The translations under genes and the position numbers were made by a program. A DNA stretch of 43,663 nt, taken from assembly GCA_964347935.1 (NCBI GenBank), contig CAYGAS010000066.1:1-43663 (forward strand). Direction: 5' to 3'. Below the pieces are notes generated by a model. It did no database searches. It saw only the letters and a program-made list of their open reading frames with translations, and was not told where the DNA came from. This DNA comes from an uncultured Nitrospiraceae bacterium. Lineage in GTDB: Bacteria; Pseudomonadota; Gammaproteobacteria; Acidiferrobacterales; SPGG2. Below, piece by piece: positions 17,804 to 26,886 of this stretch; positions within the stretch are counted from its first letter, which is position 1, and the number at the start of each line of letters is the position of its first letter.

Positions 17804-19777
17804 TTAGGGCGTATACCAGATCGGCGAGGTGTAGGCGCGCTCCTGGATGGTTGCCGGGCGTCCGGTCTTGGCCGGATCCATCCCGAGCGCAATGGCGTCA
17901 GCCAGCGTGTGTCGCGGCGTGGGAATCTGGATCACGCGCACATAATAAAAGGCACGCAACGCCGGATCGAACGCGGGATCGGTCCAGACGGTGGCGAGCT
18001 GGGCATCGCCAATGCTGTTGCTGTACTTGCCGGTCTTGATGTCGACGGTACTACCGACCGGCGAAGCCTTGCCGTCAGCGTCGACCGTACGGCCATCGGA
18101 GAGCGCGATGTTGAAAACCTTCTCCTGCGGCTTGCCGTCCTTGTCCACCCAAGCTTTGACGATCTGGATGCGATCCAGATTGGCCTCGACCGGGTCCTTC
18201 ATCGCCGTGGCCATAAAAGTGGGTGCCTTGCCCTTCGGTGCCCTGCTGATCTCGCCGCCCATGGGCACGCCTTTCTTGTAGCCGCGCTCGACCATTTTCT
18301 TGGCCGCGAGGTCCTTGGCGTCAAAATCCCAGCCGCCGAAGAAGCGCACCCGGATCCGTGGCCCGGTGGTGGCATAGACCTCTTTGCGGCGAAACCCGTC
18401 GAACAACGACTCGCGGGTATTCTCTTCGGCATACACGGCCACCAGACCCGCGGCACCCATTTCCCACCCCGGTGTGCCCGGAATGATGTCTTCTGACCTG
18501 GTTTCCGGCGTGGAATCAAGCGCCATCTTGCCGTGGAAATTGTCCTCCTCGGCGGAGGCCAAGCCGGTGTGCGAATCCGTCGAACCGATCATCCCGAACT
18601 TGTAGGGATTCGCACCGATGCGATCCTCAATCACCAAACCACGCATCAGTGCGGTACGAGCATAGTCACCCACCCGCGCCACACGTTGTTCGTGCTGCTT
18701 GATGTATTCGCGGTCCTGCTCAGTCAGCTCGCCGAGAAAGGCGTCACTGAACATGGCTTTTTGCTTGGTGCCCTCGACTTCGATCAAGTGGTCATAGGTT
18801 TCGTAATCGGCAAATTCGTCAGTCGGCGACAGGTTGGGGTGGGTCTCTGAATCACCTTTGATCTGGGTCATCTCCACAACAGGTTCCCACCTCATGCGCG
18901 TAGCCGCATATTCCCGGGTGAGCACCTTGCCGTCGCTGTCCTGCAAGGGAAACATGAGGCCCTTGCTGATGTTGGAGTTGTGCGGAATGGCGATGAAATT
19001 CGTACCCGTCTTCTGCGAGGTCGAATCCAACCACTTCCACAGGTCTTCCGGCCTATCACTGTCGAGCGAAGTATAGGGAATAAACTGTTCGCCCTTTTGT
19101 TTGCCCTCGCGCATGAAAATCACGCGATGCAGGTTCGCGCCTTGGGGTGTCGAAGACCATTCCCAACCCATGAAGGCGGTGAATCTGCCGGGCTCGTTGT
19201 GCCGGTCGGCAGCCGCCATGATCTCGCCCCAAACGGTACGGTTAATCTCGGGATTGTTAAGATCTGGATTGGGCGGCACCACTTTGTTCACCTGGGCGAT
19301 GAGCTCGCCGAACACCTCGATCTGCTTGCCGGCATCTGCCATCTGCTTGTAACGCTTGCCGGTGGGTGTGCCGGTCACCAACGGATCGCCCTGAAAGATC
19401 TTCGGCACCACACCCATGAACTCGCCGTGATCCGAGACCACGAGGAAATCGAGCGGTGTGCCGATCTGCACGCGCGCCCGGTGATAGGGATGCACGACCG
19501 GAAGTCCTTTGGCATAACGGTACGCAGTGTCCGGATCGGCGATGTGATTGCGCATGAGATAGGCGTCCGGCGAATACGAGGTATGCAAATGCGTGTCGCC
19601 CCAATAGACCTCCCGCAACGGCTGCGACTCGGTCATCGCCGGCTTTTCCACGACGCGCGTCGCCTCCTTGGCGACTTCCTTTTCCTGTGCCGGTTCCTGC
19701 GCCTTCTCACAAGCCGCAAGCGCTAAAAAGGACGTAATAGCCAAAAGCAATCCTGCAATCCTGACTTTACTTATCAA
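17804..19777 (-). CDS. DUF3604-family protein, lipoprotein paralogue (B)
   Basis: 657 aa with a TTG start and a GAGGAG SD 7 nt upstream. It has a lipobox (LALAAC). The motif set is the same as in paralogue A: YWGDTHLHT, PLDFLVVSDH, GWEWSS, HNSNISKG, GSTDSHT and ERAYTSPIWYTP. Confidence 0.85.
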   Translation of the reverse strand: MISKVRIAGLLLAITSFLALAACEKAQEPAQEKEVAKEATRVVEKPAMTESQPLREVYWGDTHLHTSYSPDAYLMRNHIADPDTAYRYAKGLPVVHPYHRARVQIGTPLDFLVVSDHGEFMGVVPKIFQGDPLVTGTPTGKRYKQMADAGKQIEVFGELIAQVNKVVPPNPDLNNPEINRTVWGEIMAAADRHNEPGRFTAFMGWEWSSTPQGANLHRVIFMREGKQKGEQFIPYTSLDSDRPEDLWKWLDSTSQKTGTNFIAIPHNSNISKGLMFPLQDSDGKVLTREYAATRMRWEPVVEMTQIKGDSETHPNLSPTDEFADYETYDHLIEVEGTKQKAMFSDAFLGELTEQDREYIKQHEQRVARVGDYARTALMRGLVIEDRIGANPYKFGMIGSTDSHTGLASAEEDNFHGKMALDSTPETRSEDIIPGTPGWEMGAAGLVAVYAEENTRESLFDGFRRKEVYATTGPRIRVRFFGGWDFDAKDLAAKKMVERGYKKGVPMGGEISRAPKGKAPTFMATAMKDPVEANLDRIQIVKAWVDKDGKPQEKVFNIALSDGRTVDADGKASPVGSTVDIKTGKYSNSIGDAQLATVWTDPAFDPALRAFYYVRVIQIPTPRHTLADAIALGMDPAKTGRPATIQERAYTSPIWYTP

Positions 19778-19802
19778 ATCCCTACTCCTCGTCGTTAGCT
19801 GA

Positions 19803-20819
19803 TTAAAAGAACCCGCTGACGCGTTGAATTACCCAAAACGCAGCAAGACCGCCGATGCCGTAGGCCGCTGCACGTGGGGCCCAGGTGATTGGCCGCTCAA
19901 GAGTACGCTTTCCAAGTTGCAAGATGATTAACACGAGGCCGATGAACAGCAGCTGCCCGGCTTCGACACCGACGTTAAACATGAGCAGAGCCAGCGGGAT
20001 ATCCGTTTGGGGCAGCCCGACCTCCGACAATGCACCGGCAAAGCCGAAACCGTGCAGCAAGCCGAAGCTAAAGGCGACGATCCAGGGGTAGCGTTCGGTG
20101 AGTCCCTGTCGTGCGTCGCGTTTCTTCGCAAGCTCGGTCGCCAGAAAGAGAATGCTCAGCGCAATCACGGCCTCGACCGGCGCTTGCGGGACATGGACCA
20201 ATCCGAGCGTCGCCGCAGCCAGCGTAATGCTGTGGGCCACCGTAAAGGCCGTGACGGTTTTTATCAGCAGCCAGCGCCCTTGCACGATCAGCAGCAGGCC
20301 CAACACGAACAGCAGATGATCGATACCGCCCAGAATGTGCTCGACACCCAGTACAAAGTAATCGCCGCTCACCCGCCATCTCGAAGGTGCGCCCCTTAAA
20401 ATAAAACCAGGTGCGTTGGGCCGGAGAATATGCGAATAACTCGCGCCGTTAGCCAACTGCACCCGGGCCAAGACATCCGTCAAGGTTCCCTCTAGACCTT
20501 CTATATATAAGGAATGCCCCGCCAGCCCGGTGTTGCCGCAGTCCGCCGTCCAGCGCTCGAGCGTCGATCCGGGGAAGACGTAGGTCCCCTTGAGCCCGAC
20601 CTCTACGCAGTGACGCGGCAATTTCGGATAAAGCGCCAGCACTTGGTCGCCGCGCGCCGGACGGCGCCACATGATTTCGAAGACCCCAGCCTCTCGCTCG
20701 CGCAGCTCGAGATAGGCCGGCCGCGATTCGTGCGCGACACTCGCGAGCGGAAACCACGCGCTGATCGCCAGCATGCCGGCAAGAAACCACGATACTCCGG
20801 GCAACTCCTTATTTTTCAT
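19803..20819 (-). CDS. HupE/UreJ-family (type 2) membrane protein, putative Ni/Co/other metal permease, with N-terminal periplasmic domain
   Basis: It has a signal peptide, a ~130-aa soluble domain, then HILGGIDHLLFVLGLLLIV and five further TM helices. Its ATG overlaps the upstream gene's last codons by 11 nt. Confidence 0.85.
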   Translation of the reverse strand: MKNKELPGVSWFLAGMLAISAWFPLASVAHESRPAYLELREREAGVFEIMWRRPARGDQVLALYPKLPRHCVEVGLKGTYVFPGSTLERWTADCGNTGLAGHSLYIEGLEGTLTDVLARVQLANGASYSHILRPNAPGFILRGAPSRWRVSGDYFVLGVEHILGGIDHLLFVLGLLLIVQGRWLLIKTVTAFTVAHSITLAAATLGLVHVPQAPVEAVIALSILFLATELAKKRDARQGLTERYPWIVAFSFGLLHGFGFAGALSEVGLPQTDIPLALLMFNVGVEAGQLLFIGLVLIILQLGKRTLERPITWAPRAAAYGIGGLAAFWVIQRVSGFF

Positions 20820-21681
20820 TCTTCAATGCCATCCACTTTTTGCCCTCTAGCGGCGCGACGACGATCTCGTAGCGCTCCCGCAGCCGTTGGTACGCGAGCT
20901 CATTCACTTCCCGCCGTCTATCGATTAGAAAATCGTTCTCGACCTTTTCGCGCACGGCCGCGAATTCCGGCAGGCGTGATTCAGTACGATCACTGATATA
21001 GACGAGGTGCAAACCGTATCCGGATGCAACGGGCCCTTGCCATGTCTCCGGCTCGAGCTCCACAAGGCGTCTTACAAACGCCTGACCGAAATCCCGCGCG
21101 ATCTCAGGCGCGCTTTTTTCTACGTACTCGTGCGCCAGCATGAAGCGATCACCCCGCTCTCGCGCGCGCTCAGGTGATTCCTTGACTGCTTGCAAGCGGT
21201 CAAGTTCAGCTTGGGCATCCCTTTGAATGCTCGAGCCGCGCCGATCGGGATTGAAATAGATGTGCGCGAAGCTTAGTGAAACGGGCTGACGGTAGCGTTC
21301 CTGGTTCTCTTGGAAATAGGCGCGAAGCTCGGCCTCATCAGGTTCCGTCGGCACCGCAAGGTCAGCCACGAGGAACTCCACCTTTTGCGCCATACGGCGA
21401 CGCACGATCGTGTCATCTTTGTCCAGGCCTAATGCCAACGCCTCTCGATAGAGCACTTCCTCGCGGATGTGGGCTTCGATCAGGCTTTCGAGCTCCGGCT
21501 GCGTCGGCGGACGTTGCCACTGTTTCATCCAGCGCGTGCGCAGGAGGTCGATGTCGTTCGCCGACACCTCGATTCGCGTGCTGGTCGAAGTCGCATACGG
21601 ATCGTTGAGCCAGAGATAGGCAGCGAAAAGGAACGCGCCGATGGCAAGAAAATGCACCAGCGGCTCGCGGTACCACGTCAC
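20809..21681 (-). CDS. Membrane-anchored PpiC/parvulin-type peptidyl-prolyl isomerase-like chaperone (Rotamase_2-like)
   Basis: It has an N-terminal TM helix (LVHFLAIGAFLFAAYLW), a SurA-N-like helical region and a GPVASGYGLHLVYI parvulin-like block. I chose the GTG at 21681 as the start because a GGAGGAG SD lies 4 nt upstream. The ORF is open to ATG 21774. Confidence 0.75.
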   Translation of the reverse strand: MTWYREPLVHFLAIGAFLFAAYLWLNDPYATSTSTRIEVSANDIDLLRTRWMKQWQRPPTQPELESLIEAHIREEVLYREALALGLDKDDTIVRRRMAQKVEFLVADLAVPTEPDEAELRAYFQENQERYRQPVSLSFAHIYFNPDRRGSSIQRDAQAELDRLQAVKESPERARERGDRFMLAHEYVEKSAPEIARDFGQAFVRRLVELEPETWQGPVASGYGLHLVYISDRTESRLPEFAAVREKVENDFLIDRRREVNELAYQRLRERYEIVVAPLEGKKWMALKNEK

Positions 21682-21745
21682 GTCTCCTCCACTTGGGTGG
21701 TCGGTTCTGAGGCAGGTAGGTTTTGCTACCGATTTGAAGCGTTGC

Positions 21746-21774
21746 ACCTTAACGTCAGTGGTCTGCGAATGCAA
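21746..21774 (-). promoter_or_regulatory. Candidate sigma70 promoter for the PPIase-HupE-DUF3604 operon
   Basis: On the minus strand: TTGCAT (21774-21769), a 17-nt spacer, then TAAGGT (21751-21746), about 65 nt upstream of the GTG start. This is a pattern match only. Confidence 0.3.
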
Positions 21775-21841
21775 GGCAAGGTTAATGACAAATCTAAGGG
21801 CTGATTTAATGCTTAGCAGGGCTAAGGTTTTGGCATTTGTG

Positions 21842-21867
21842 TCGACAAGGCCGGTCGGCCTTGTCGA
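21842..21867. terminator. GC-rich perfect hairpin between the DMT gene and the PPIase-like gene (possible terminator or insulator)
   Basis: TCGACAAGGCC-GGTC-GGCCTTGTCGA forms an 11-bp perfect stem. It starts 10 nt after the DMT stop. There is no U-tract on either strand. Confidence 0.4.
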
Positions 21868-21876
21868 AGTGAGCAG

Positions 21877-22839
21877 TCACGCGGCGCCAGTAGGCGGGGG
21901 CGGCCCTTTGACTTCCCGGGCGGCGGGAAGCGCGTTGGCCGCTTTATCTTGGCTCTCGCGATAAGCGGTGTAGGTGGCGGCCGCAAATACCGTCACACCA
22001 CCGATCCATACGCCTGCATCGGGCACCTCGGCAAACGCCGTGTAGCCAATCAACGCACCCCAGATGAGCTTGAGGAAATCCAGCGGCAGAACCGAGGTCG
22101 CGTCGGTCATGCGCAGCGCCTGCGCCATGCCGAGCTGTGCCAGGGTGCCGGATATGCCGACAAACACAAGCCACAACAGTTGCTCGCCATTGGGCCACTG
22201 CCAGAAGAACACGGCCGCGAGAAATGACAGCGGTGTCATCAGCAGCACCATATAGGCCGTGATCGTCACGGACGAGTCAGTCCGGGAAAGCGCTTTAATA
22301 ATGATAATCGCGCAGGACCAGATCGCGGCCGAGCCGAGCACCAGCAAAGAGCCCAGATCAACGGATTTCAGGCCCGGACGGATGATGATCAGCGCGCCGA
22401 TAAAACCGACGATGAGCGCGCTCCAGCGCCAAAAATAACTTTTCTCCTTGAGAAAAAAGATCGCCAGCAAACTCGCGAACAACGGCGCCGTAAAGCCCAA
22501 CGCCTGCACCTGGGCAATCGGTGTCAGGCCAAGTCCCATAAAGAACATCAGCATAGCCACCACATTGACCAAAGCACGCGCCCCGTGCAGGCCGAATCGT
22601 TGCGTACGCAACGGCGCCAAGCCTCGTTGCAAGAACCAGGGTGCAAGTGCCAGCAGACCGAAGAAGTTCCGAAAGAAGGCGATCTCGAAAGGGTGCAGAT
22701 GCTGCTGGGTCGCAAGATAGCGCACGCCCCCATGCATACCTGCGAAACAGATCGTTGATCCGACCATAAAAAGAATACCGAGCATGGGCGAAGACTGCTC
22801 GGTGTTCATTCTCGAGAGCAGGCGAGAAAAAAGTGGCAA
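21877..22839 (-). CDS. DMT-superfamily (EamA-like) transporter
   Basis: 320 aa with ten hydrophobic segments in two EamA-like halves. The start could be a downstream Met (M11 or M19). Confidence 0.85.
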   Translation of the reverse strand: MPLFSRLLSRMNTEQSSPMLGILFMVGSTICFAGMHGGVRYLATQQHLHPFEIAFFRNFFGLLALAPWFLQRGLAPLRTQRFGLHGARALVNVVAMLMFFMGLGLTPIAQVQALGFTAPLFASLLAIFFLKEKSYFWRWSALIVGFIGALIIIRPGLKSVDLGSLLVLGSAAIWSCAIIIIKALSRTDSSVTITAYMVLLMTPLSFLAAVFFWQWPNGEQLLWLVFVGISGTLAQLGMAQALRMTDATSVLPLDFLKLIWGALIGYTAFAEVPDAGVWIGGVTVFAAATYTAYRESQDKAANALPAAREVKGPPPPTGAA

Positions 22840-23080
22840 GTGAAAACTCCCTACGGCTGGTTGCCGCAGTCATGATACGGCTTTCCCTCGTGCGGTGCAC
22901 ACAGCAAGCGACGATTGCACCGGAGCAACGTGCCCCTGATGACCGACATCATTGCCAAGAGCCGGCCATGAACAACGGTTGCTGCCTTTGTTATACGATA
23001 TTATGCTGCAATTTCGACTAGCCGCGTGTGTGCGGTCCTTGTACAATTTGGCCCAAGAACAGCGGCGCGGTGAGACAGTC

Positions 23081-23926
23081 ATGAAAACAATACTCGTGCC
23101 GTTTCACGGCACTGATATGGGGCAAACAGCCCTCGAGCTGGCGTATAGAATGGCGCAGCACTTCGGCGGCTACGTTGAAGGCTTGTTCGTGCGTCAGCCC
23201 CCGCCGATTGTCGCCGGCGAGGGGATCACGATTCCCGGCGAGTACCTAGCCCAGTTGGTCGAGGAAAGCCGCAAACTTGCCGATAGCGCGCGCGAGCGTT
23301 TTACTAAGTTCATTAACGAGAAAGGTCTTCCGCTGCAAGACGTCACCTTCGCCTCGGAGCAACCGTCAGCGGGCTGGCGCGAGGTGGAGGGCCTCGAAAG
23401 CCAGATCGTCGGCGAGTACGGGCGCTTATTCGATGTGATCGTGATCGGTTGCGCAAACAAGCAGTCGGTCGCGGACCGTAATGCCATGTGCGAGGCGGCA
23501 CTGTTCGACAGCGGTCGTCCAGTGTTGACCGCGAGCGCAGAACTCCCGCCAACTTTCGGCAAGACCATCGTCGTCGCTTGGAACGGTAGCACGGAAACCG
23601 CCCGCACCATCGGCCTCGGCATGCCGCTCCTGTTGCGGGCGGAACGAGTTGTTGTACTGACGGTCGAAGGCGCGACGGTACCGGGCCCGGGCGCGGAGCA
23701 GGTCACCCAGCATCTGGTCCGCAACGGTGTTCGTGCCGAGGTTAAGATCGCTCAGCTCGAAGGCCGTACATCAGGGGTCGCCATACTCGAAGAGGCGAAG
23801 CAATTCGGCGTCGACCTGTTGTTCAAAGGCGCCTATTCCCACAGCCGTTTGCGCCAGATGATTTTCGGCGGCGCCACCTCGCACATCCTGGCCTCTGCCG
23901 ATTTGCCCGTGTTCATGGCGCATTGA
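23081..23926 (+). CDS. Tandem-domain universal stress protein (UspA family)
   Basis: It begins MKTILVPFHGTD and has a second half (KTIVVAWNGS...) ending GAYSHSRLRQMIFGGATSHIL, which is the Usp ATP-binding G-2x-G-9x-G(S/T) region. The ORF is open from 22952, but the domain starts at 23081. Confidence 0.8.
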   Translation: MKTILVPFHGTDMGQTALELAYRMAQHFGGYVEGLFVRQPPPIVAGEGITIPGEYLAQLVEESRKLADSARERFTKFINEKGLPLQDVTFASEQPSAGWREVEGLESQIVGEYGRLFDVIVIGCANKQSVADRNAMCEAALFDSGRPVLTASAELPPTFGKTIVVAWNGSTETARTIGLGMPLLLRAERVVVLTVEGATVPGPGAEQVTQHLVRNGVRAEVKIAQLEGRTSGVAILEEAKQFGVDLLFKGAYSHSRLRQMIFGGATSHILASADLPVFMAH

Positions 23927-24231
23927 CTCTTGGACCCTCGCCGGTGTGGGCGCGCGGCTCCAGGCTTTCGCCTTATCCGACCGTGCACCGCAGCCGCGAG
24001 AAGGGGCATACTGCCCCCGCGGCGGGCAGCACTTTCGTCGCTGCGCTGTCCTGCTGCGCTCGAAAGTCCGGGGCGCGCCCGCGCGGCGGGAGCAGGGTCC
24101 GCTGGACCTTTCTCGGGACGCCGCCTCGCCCTTGTGCTTGCCCCCAAAGTGGGGCTTCAGCCGGTGCGCGCTCGGGGCTCCAGCAGTCGCCTTGCAACCA
24201 CGCCGGCGAGGCTGGCACAGTGGGTGGCACG

Positions 24232-24627
24232 ATGAGCCTGCCGATCTTTCATATGCTGAGCGGTGCGCCGGAGCCGGTGGCACCGTATAGTCACGCGGTC
24301 GAGGTCGAGGGCTGGGTGTTTGTCACCGGGCAGCTTGCGACCGATGTCCGCTACGATCCCGCAGACATACCCGAAGGCATCGAGGCGCAGACTGACAAGG
24401 TCATGCAAAACCTGCGCACGGTGTTACAGGGTGTGGGCGTCGGCTTCGAGAATGTCGTCTGTGCGCGCGTCTTTCTCACCCACTTCGAAGAGGACTACGC
24501 CAGGATGAACCGGGTCTATGCGAGCTACTTCCCGCAAGAGAAGCGTCCCGCGCGTACTTGTGTCGGCGTCACGGCACTGGCCGGTGGAGGGCGCGTCGAA
24601 ATCGACTTGATTGCACGCCGGCCTTGA
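24232..24627 (+). CDS. RidA/YjgF/UK114-family reactive-intermediate (enamine/imine) deaminase
   Basis: 131 aa. The motifs PVAPYSHAVEVEGWVFVTGQLA ... PARTCVGVTALAGGGRVEIDLIA are typical of RidA. The upstream 103 codons of the ORF are Arg/Pro/Ala-rich junk and were not included. Confidence 0.85.
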   Translation: MSLPIFHMLSGAPEPVAPYSHAVEVEGWVFVTGQLATDVRYDPADIPEGIEAQTDKVMQNLRTVLQGVGVGFENVVCARVFLTHFEEDYARMNRVYASYFPQEKRPARTCVGVTALAGGGRVEIDLIARRP

Positions 24628-24652
24628 CCAGAACGACGTACAGCGTGGAGCG

Positions 24653-25444
24653 ATGCCGATGAAGCTGAGCGACGCACAATTGCGAAGCTTTCATGACGAC
24701 GGTTTCCTGATTCTGCCGCAGCTTTTCTCGATCGAAGAAGTCGAGCTCATTCGTGCCCAGCTGCCGACGTTGTTCGCCGAGCGCTGCCCGCAGAACTTTC
24801 GCGAAAAGGATTCTGATGTCGTGCGCACGGCAATGGGCCTACACCTGCGAAACGATGTCTTTGCGCGTTTGGTGCGCCACCCGCGCTTGCTCGAACCGGC
24901 ATTGCAAATCCTGAAAGAAGACGTCTACATCCAACAGGTCAAGGTCAATGCGAAGGAAGCATTCTCGGGCGAAGTGTGGCAATGGCACTATGACTTTGCC
25001 ACCCATCACGGCGAAGACGGCGTGCCGAAGCCGCTCGCGCTTAACCTGCACATCTTTCTCGACGAAGTGAACGAGTTCAACGGTCCGCTGGTCTTCATAC
25101 GCGGTTCGCACAAGCACGGGCCGGCACCGACGAGTCTCGATACCGTCACGACCAGTTATCCACTGTGGACGGTAGACGACGAAACGGTTCAGGCCTTGGT
25201 AGCCGACGGCGGATTGGTGGCCGCCAAGGGGCCGCCGGGCACGGCGTTGATCTTCGCCGACTGTCTCGTGCACGGCTCGTCGATCAATATGTCGCCGTGG
25301 CCGCGACGGATTTACTCGCTTATCGTCAACCCGCTTTCGAACGCCCTCACCCGTCACCGACGTCCGGACCACCAGCATCATCGCGATGTCACACCGGTGA
25401 CACCACTAAGCGATGATTGCCTGTTCGCTGGGGTGGCGGCGTGA
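24653..25444 (+). CDS. Fe(II)/2-oxoglutarate dioxygenase, PhyH family, ectoine-hydroxylase (EctD)-like
   Basis: A GGAG SD lies 4 nt upstream. [17 protein letters not shown] parallels the EctD signature F-x-WHSDFETWH-x-EDG-M/L-P, where H-x-D supplies the metal ligands. The distal His lies in FIRGSHKHG. Confidence 0.8.
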   Translation: MPMKLSDAQLRSFHDDGFLILPQLFSIEEVELIRAQLPTLFAERCPQNFREKDSDVVRTAMGLHLRNDVFARLVRHPRLLEPALQILKEDVYIQQVKVNAKEAFSGEVWQWHYDFATHHGEDGVPKPLALNLHIFLDEVNEFNGPLVFIRGSHKHGPAPTSLDTVTTSYPLWTVDDETVQALVADGGLVAAKGPPGTALIFADCLVHGSSINMSPWPRRIYSLIVNPLSNALTRHRRPDHQHHRDVTPVTPLSDDCLFAGVAA

Positions 25445-26727
25445 AGGAACCGCATTCCGGATACTTTAGCTCCCCACTCGCCGAGGCCGACCCGCAGGTT
25501 GAACGTGCCGTCGCCGGCGAGCTGCGCCGGCAACAGAATCAGATCGACCTGATCGCCTCCGAGAACCTCGTGAGTCGCGCCGTGTTGGAGGCGCAGGGCT
25601 CGGTCTTCACGAACAAAACGGTCGAAGGCTATGTCGGTCAGCGCTACCACGGGGGCGCGGATTACGCCGATCAGATCGAAGCGCTTGCTATCGAGCGGGC
25701 CCAACAGCTCTTCGGTTGCACCTATGCCAACGTGCAACCCCACTCGGGCAGCCAGGCCAACCAGGTCGTATTTCTCGCCTTCCTGAAACCGGGTGACAAG
25801 ATCCTCAGCATGGAGTTACCCGCAGGAGGTCACCTCAGTCATGGTGCGAAGCCCAATCTGTCCGGCAAATGGTTCAACGTCGTTCAGTACGGCGTCAACG
25901 AGAGCTCGGGCTTGATCGATTACGACGAGGTCGAGAGACTCGCTATCCAACAGCAACCCGAACTGATCATCGCCGGCGGCTCAGCGTATCCACGCGTTAT
26001 CGACTTCGCGCGCTTTCGCGCCGTCACCGATCGCGTGGGCGCGTTGCTGCTTGTCGATATGGCGCACTTCGCGGGCCTGGTCGCGGGCGGTGTACATCCA
26101 AGCCCGCTGCCCCACGCAGACATCGTCACTACAACGACCTACAAGAGCCTGCGCGGCGCGCGTGGCGGCTTGATCTTGGCCAACGACGCGGACCTAGGCA
26201 AGAAGATTGACGCTGCCTTGTTCCCCGGTCTACAAGGCAGCGCAATGCTTCACAGCATCGCCGCCAAAGCCGTCTGCCTCGGCGAGGCGCTACGACCGGA
26301 ATTTCGAGAATACGCGCGCGCAGTCGTTCAAAACGCGCACGAGCTGGCATCGATCTTAGACGAGCGCGGTTATGCGCTCGTGTCCGGCGGCACCGATACA
26401 GCGCTGATGCTACTGGACGTGCGCCCGCAGGGACTGACCGGTAAGGCCGCCTGCGACAGTCTCGAGCAAGCCGGCCTGACGTGCAACAAAAACGCCATCC
26501 CCGGCGATCCGCAACCACCGACGCTCACGTCGGGGCTGCGTCTGGCGAGCTCTGCCGGCACCACGCGTGGATTCAGGGCCCGGGAGTTTCATCAGATCGG
26601 GCATTGGATCGCAGACGTGCTCGATGGGCTCGCGAAGAACCCCGACGACAACGGCACCATTGAACGGAGCGTTCGCAAGCAAGTGAGCGATCTCTGCCGG
26701 CGTTTCCCAATATATTCCACTACATGA
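25417..26727 (+). CDS. glyA: Serine hydroxymethyltransferase-family PLP enzyme, divergent paralogue
   Basis: SHMT blocks are present: [32 protein letters not shown] and [15 protein letters not shown] (PLP Lys). The start is either ATG 25417 or GTG 25441, the latter giving a GTGA overlap with the dioxygenase stop. Several normally invariant positions differ (see findings). Confidence 0.85.
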   Translation: MPVRWGGGVKEPHSGYFSSPLAEADPQVERAVAGELRRQQNQIDLIASENLVSRAVLEAQGSVFTNKTVEGYVGQRYHGGADYADQIEALAIERAQQLFGCTYANVQPHSGSQANQVVFLAFLKPGDKILSMELPAGGHLSHGAKPNLSGKWFNVVQYGVNESSGLIDYDEVERLAIQQQPELIIAGGSAYPRVIDFARFRAVTDRVGALLLVDMAHFAGLVAGGVHPSPLPHADIVTTTTYKSLRGARGGLILANDADLGKKIDAALFPGLQGSAMLHSIAAKAVCLGEALRPEFREYARAVVQNAHELASILDERGYALVSGGTDTALMLLDVRPQGLTGKAACDSLEQAGLTCNKNAIPGDPQPPTLTSGLRLASSAGTTRGFRAREFHQIGHWIADVLDGLAKNPDDNGTIERSVRKQVSDLCRRFPIYSTT

Positions 26728-26823
26728 AGCGCGTAACAGCTTACAGGTGGCCACTTCTAATCGTGAGTCAGAAGTAGATAAGACAAAAAGCAAAAAGTAT
26801 ATTTTGGTCGGCACGCTTTGCTT

Positions 26824-26886
26824 GAAAAGGAACGCCCCCACGGCTGCTTTACTTTCGGGACGAAGGTTTTCGATGCCGCCGTATGG
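26824..26886 (-). pseudogene. Relic 3' end of a second, diverged sulfatase gene
   Basis: The minus-strand translation PYGGIENLRPESKAAVGAFLF lies immediately downstream of the intact sulfatase stop. It compares with the intact C-terminus PYEGIENLRPESKAAVREFLF. Most shared codons differ at synonymous sites. No upstream body or proper stop is present. Confidence 0.55.

Noticed and set aside
15718-18039. A 773-aa + strand ORF spanning both DUF3604 genes and their intergenic gap.
   Set aside because: It is antisense to two genes with clear family motifs. Its product is Arg/Ala/Leu/Gly/Val-rich with no recognisable domain, which is the typical open antisense frame of GC-rich coding DNA. It has no RBS context.
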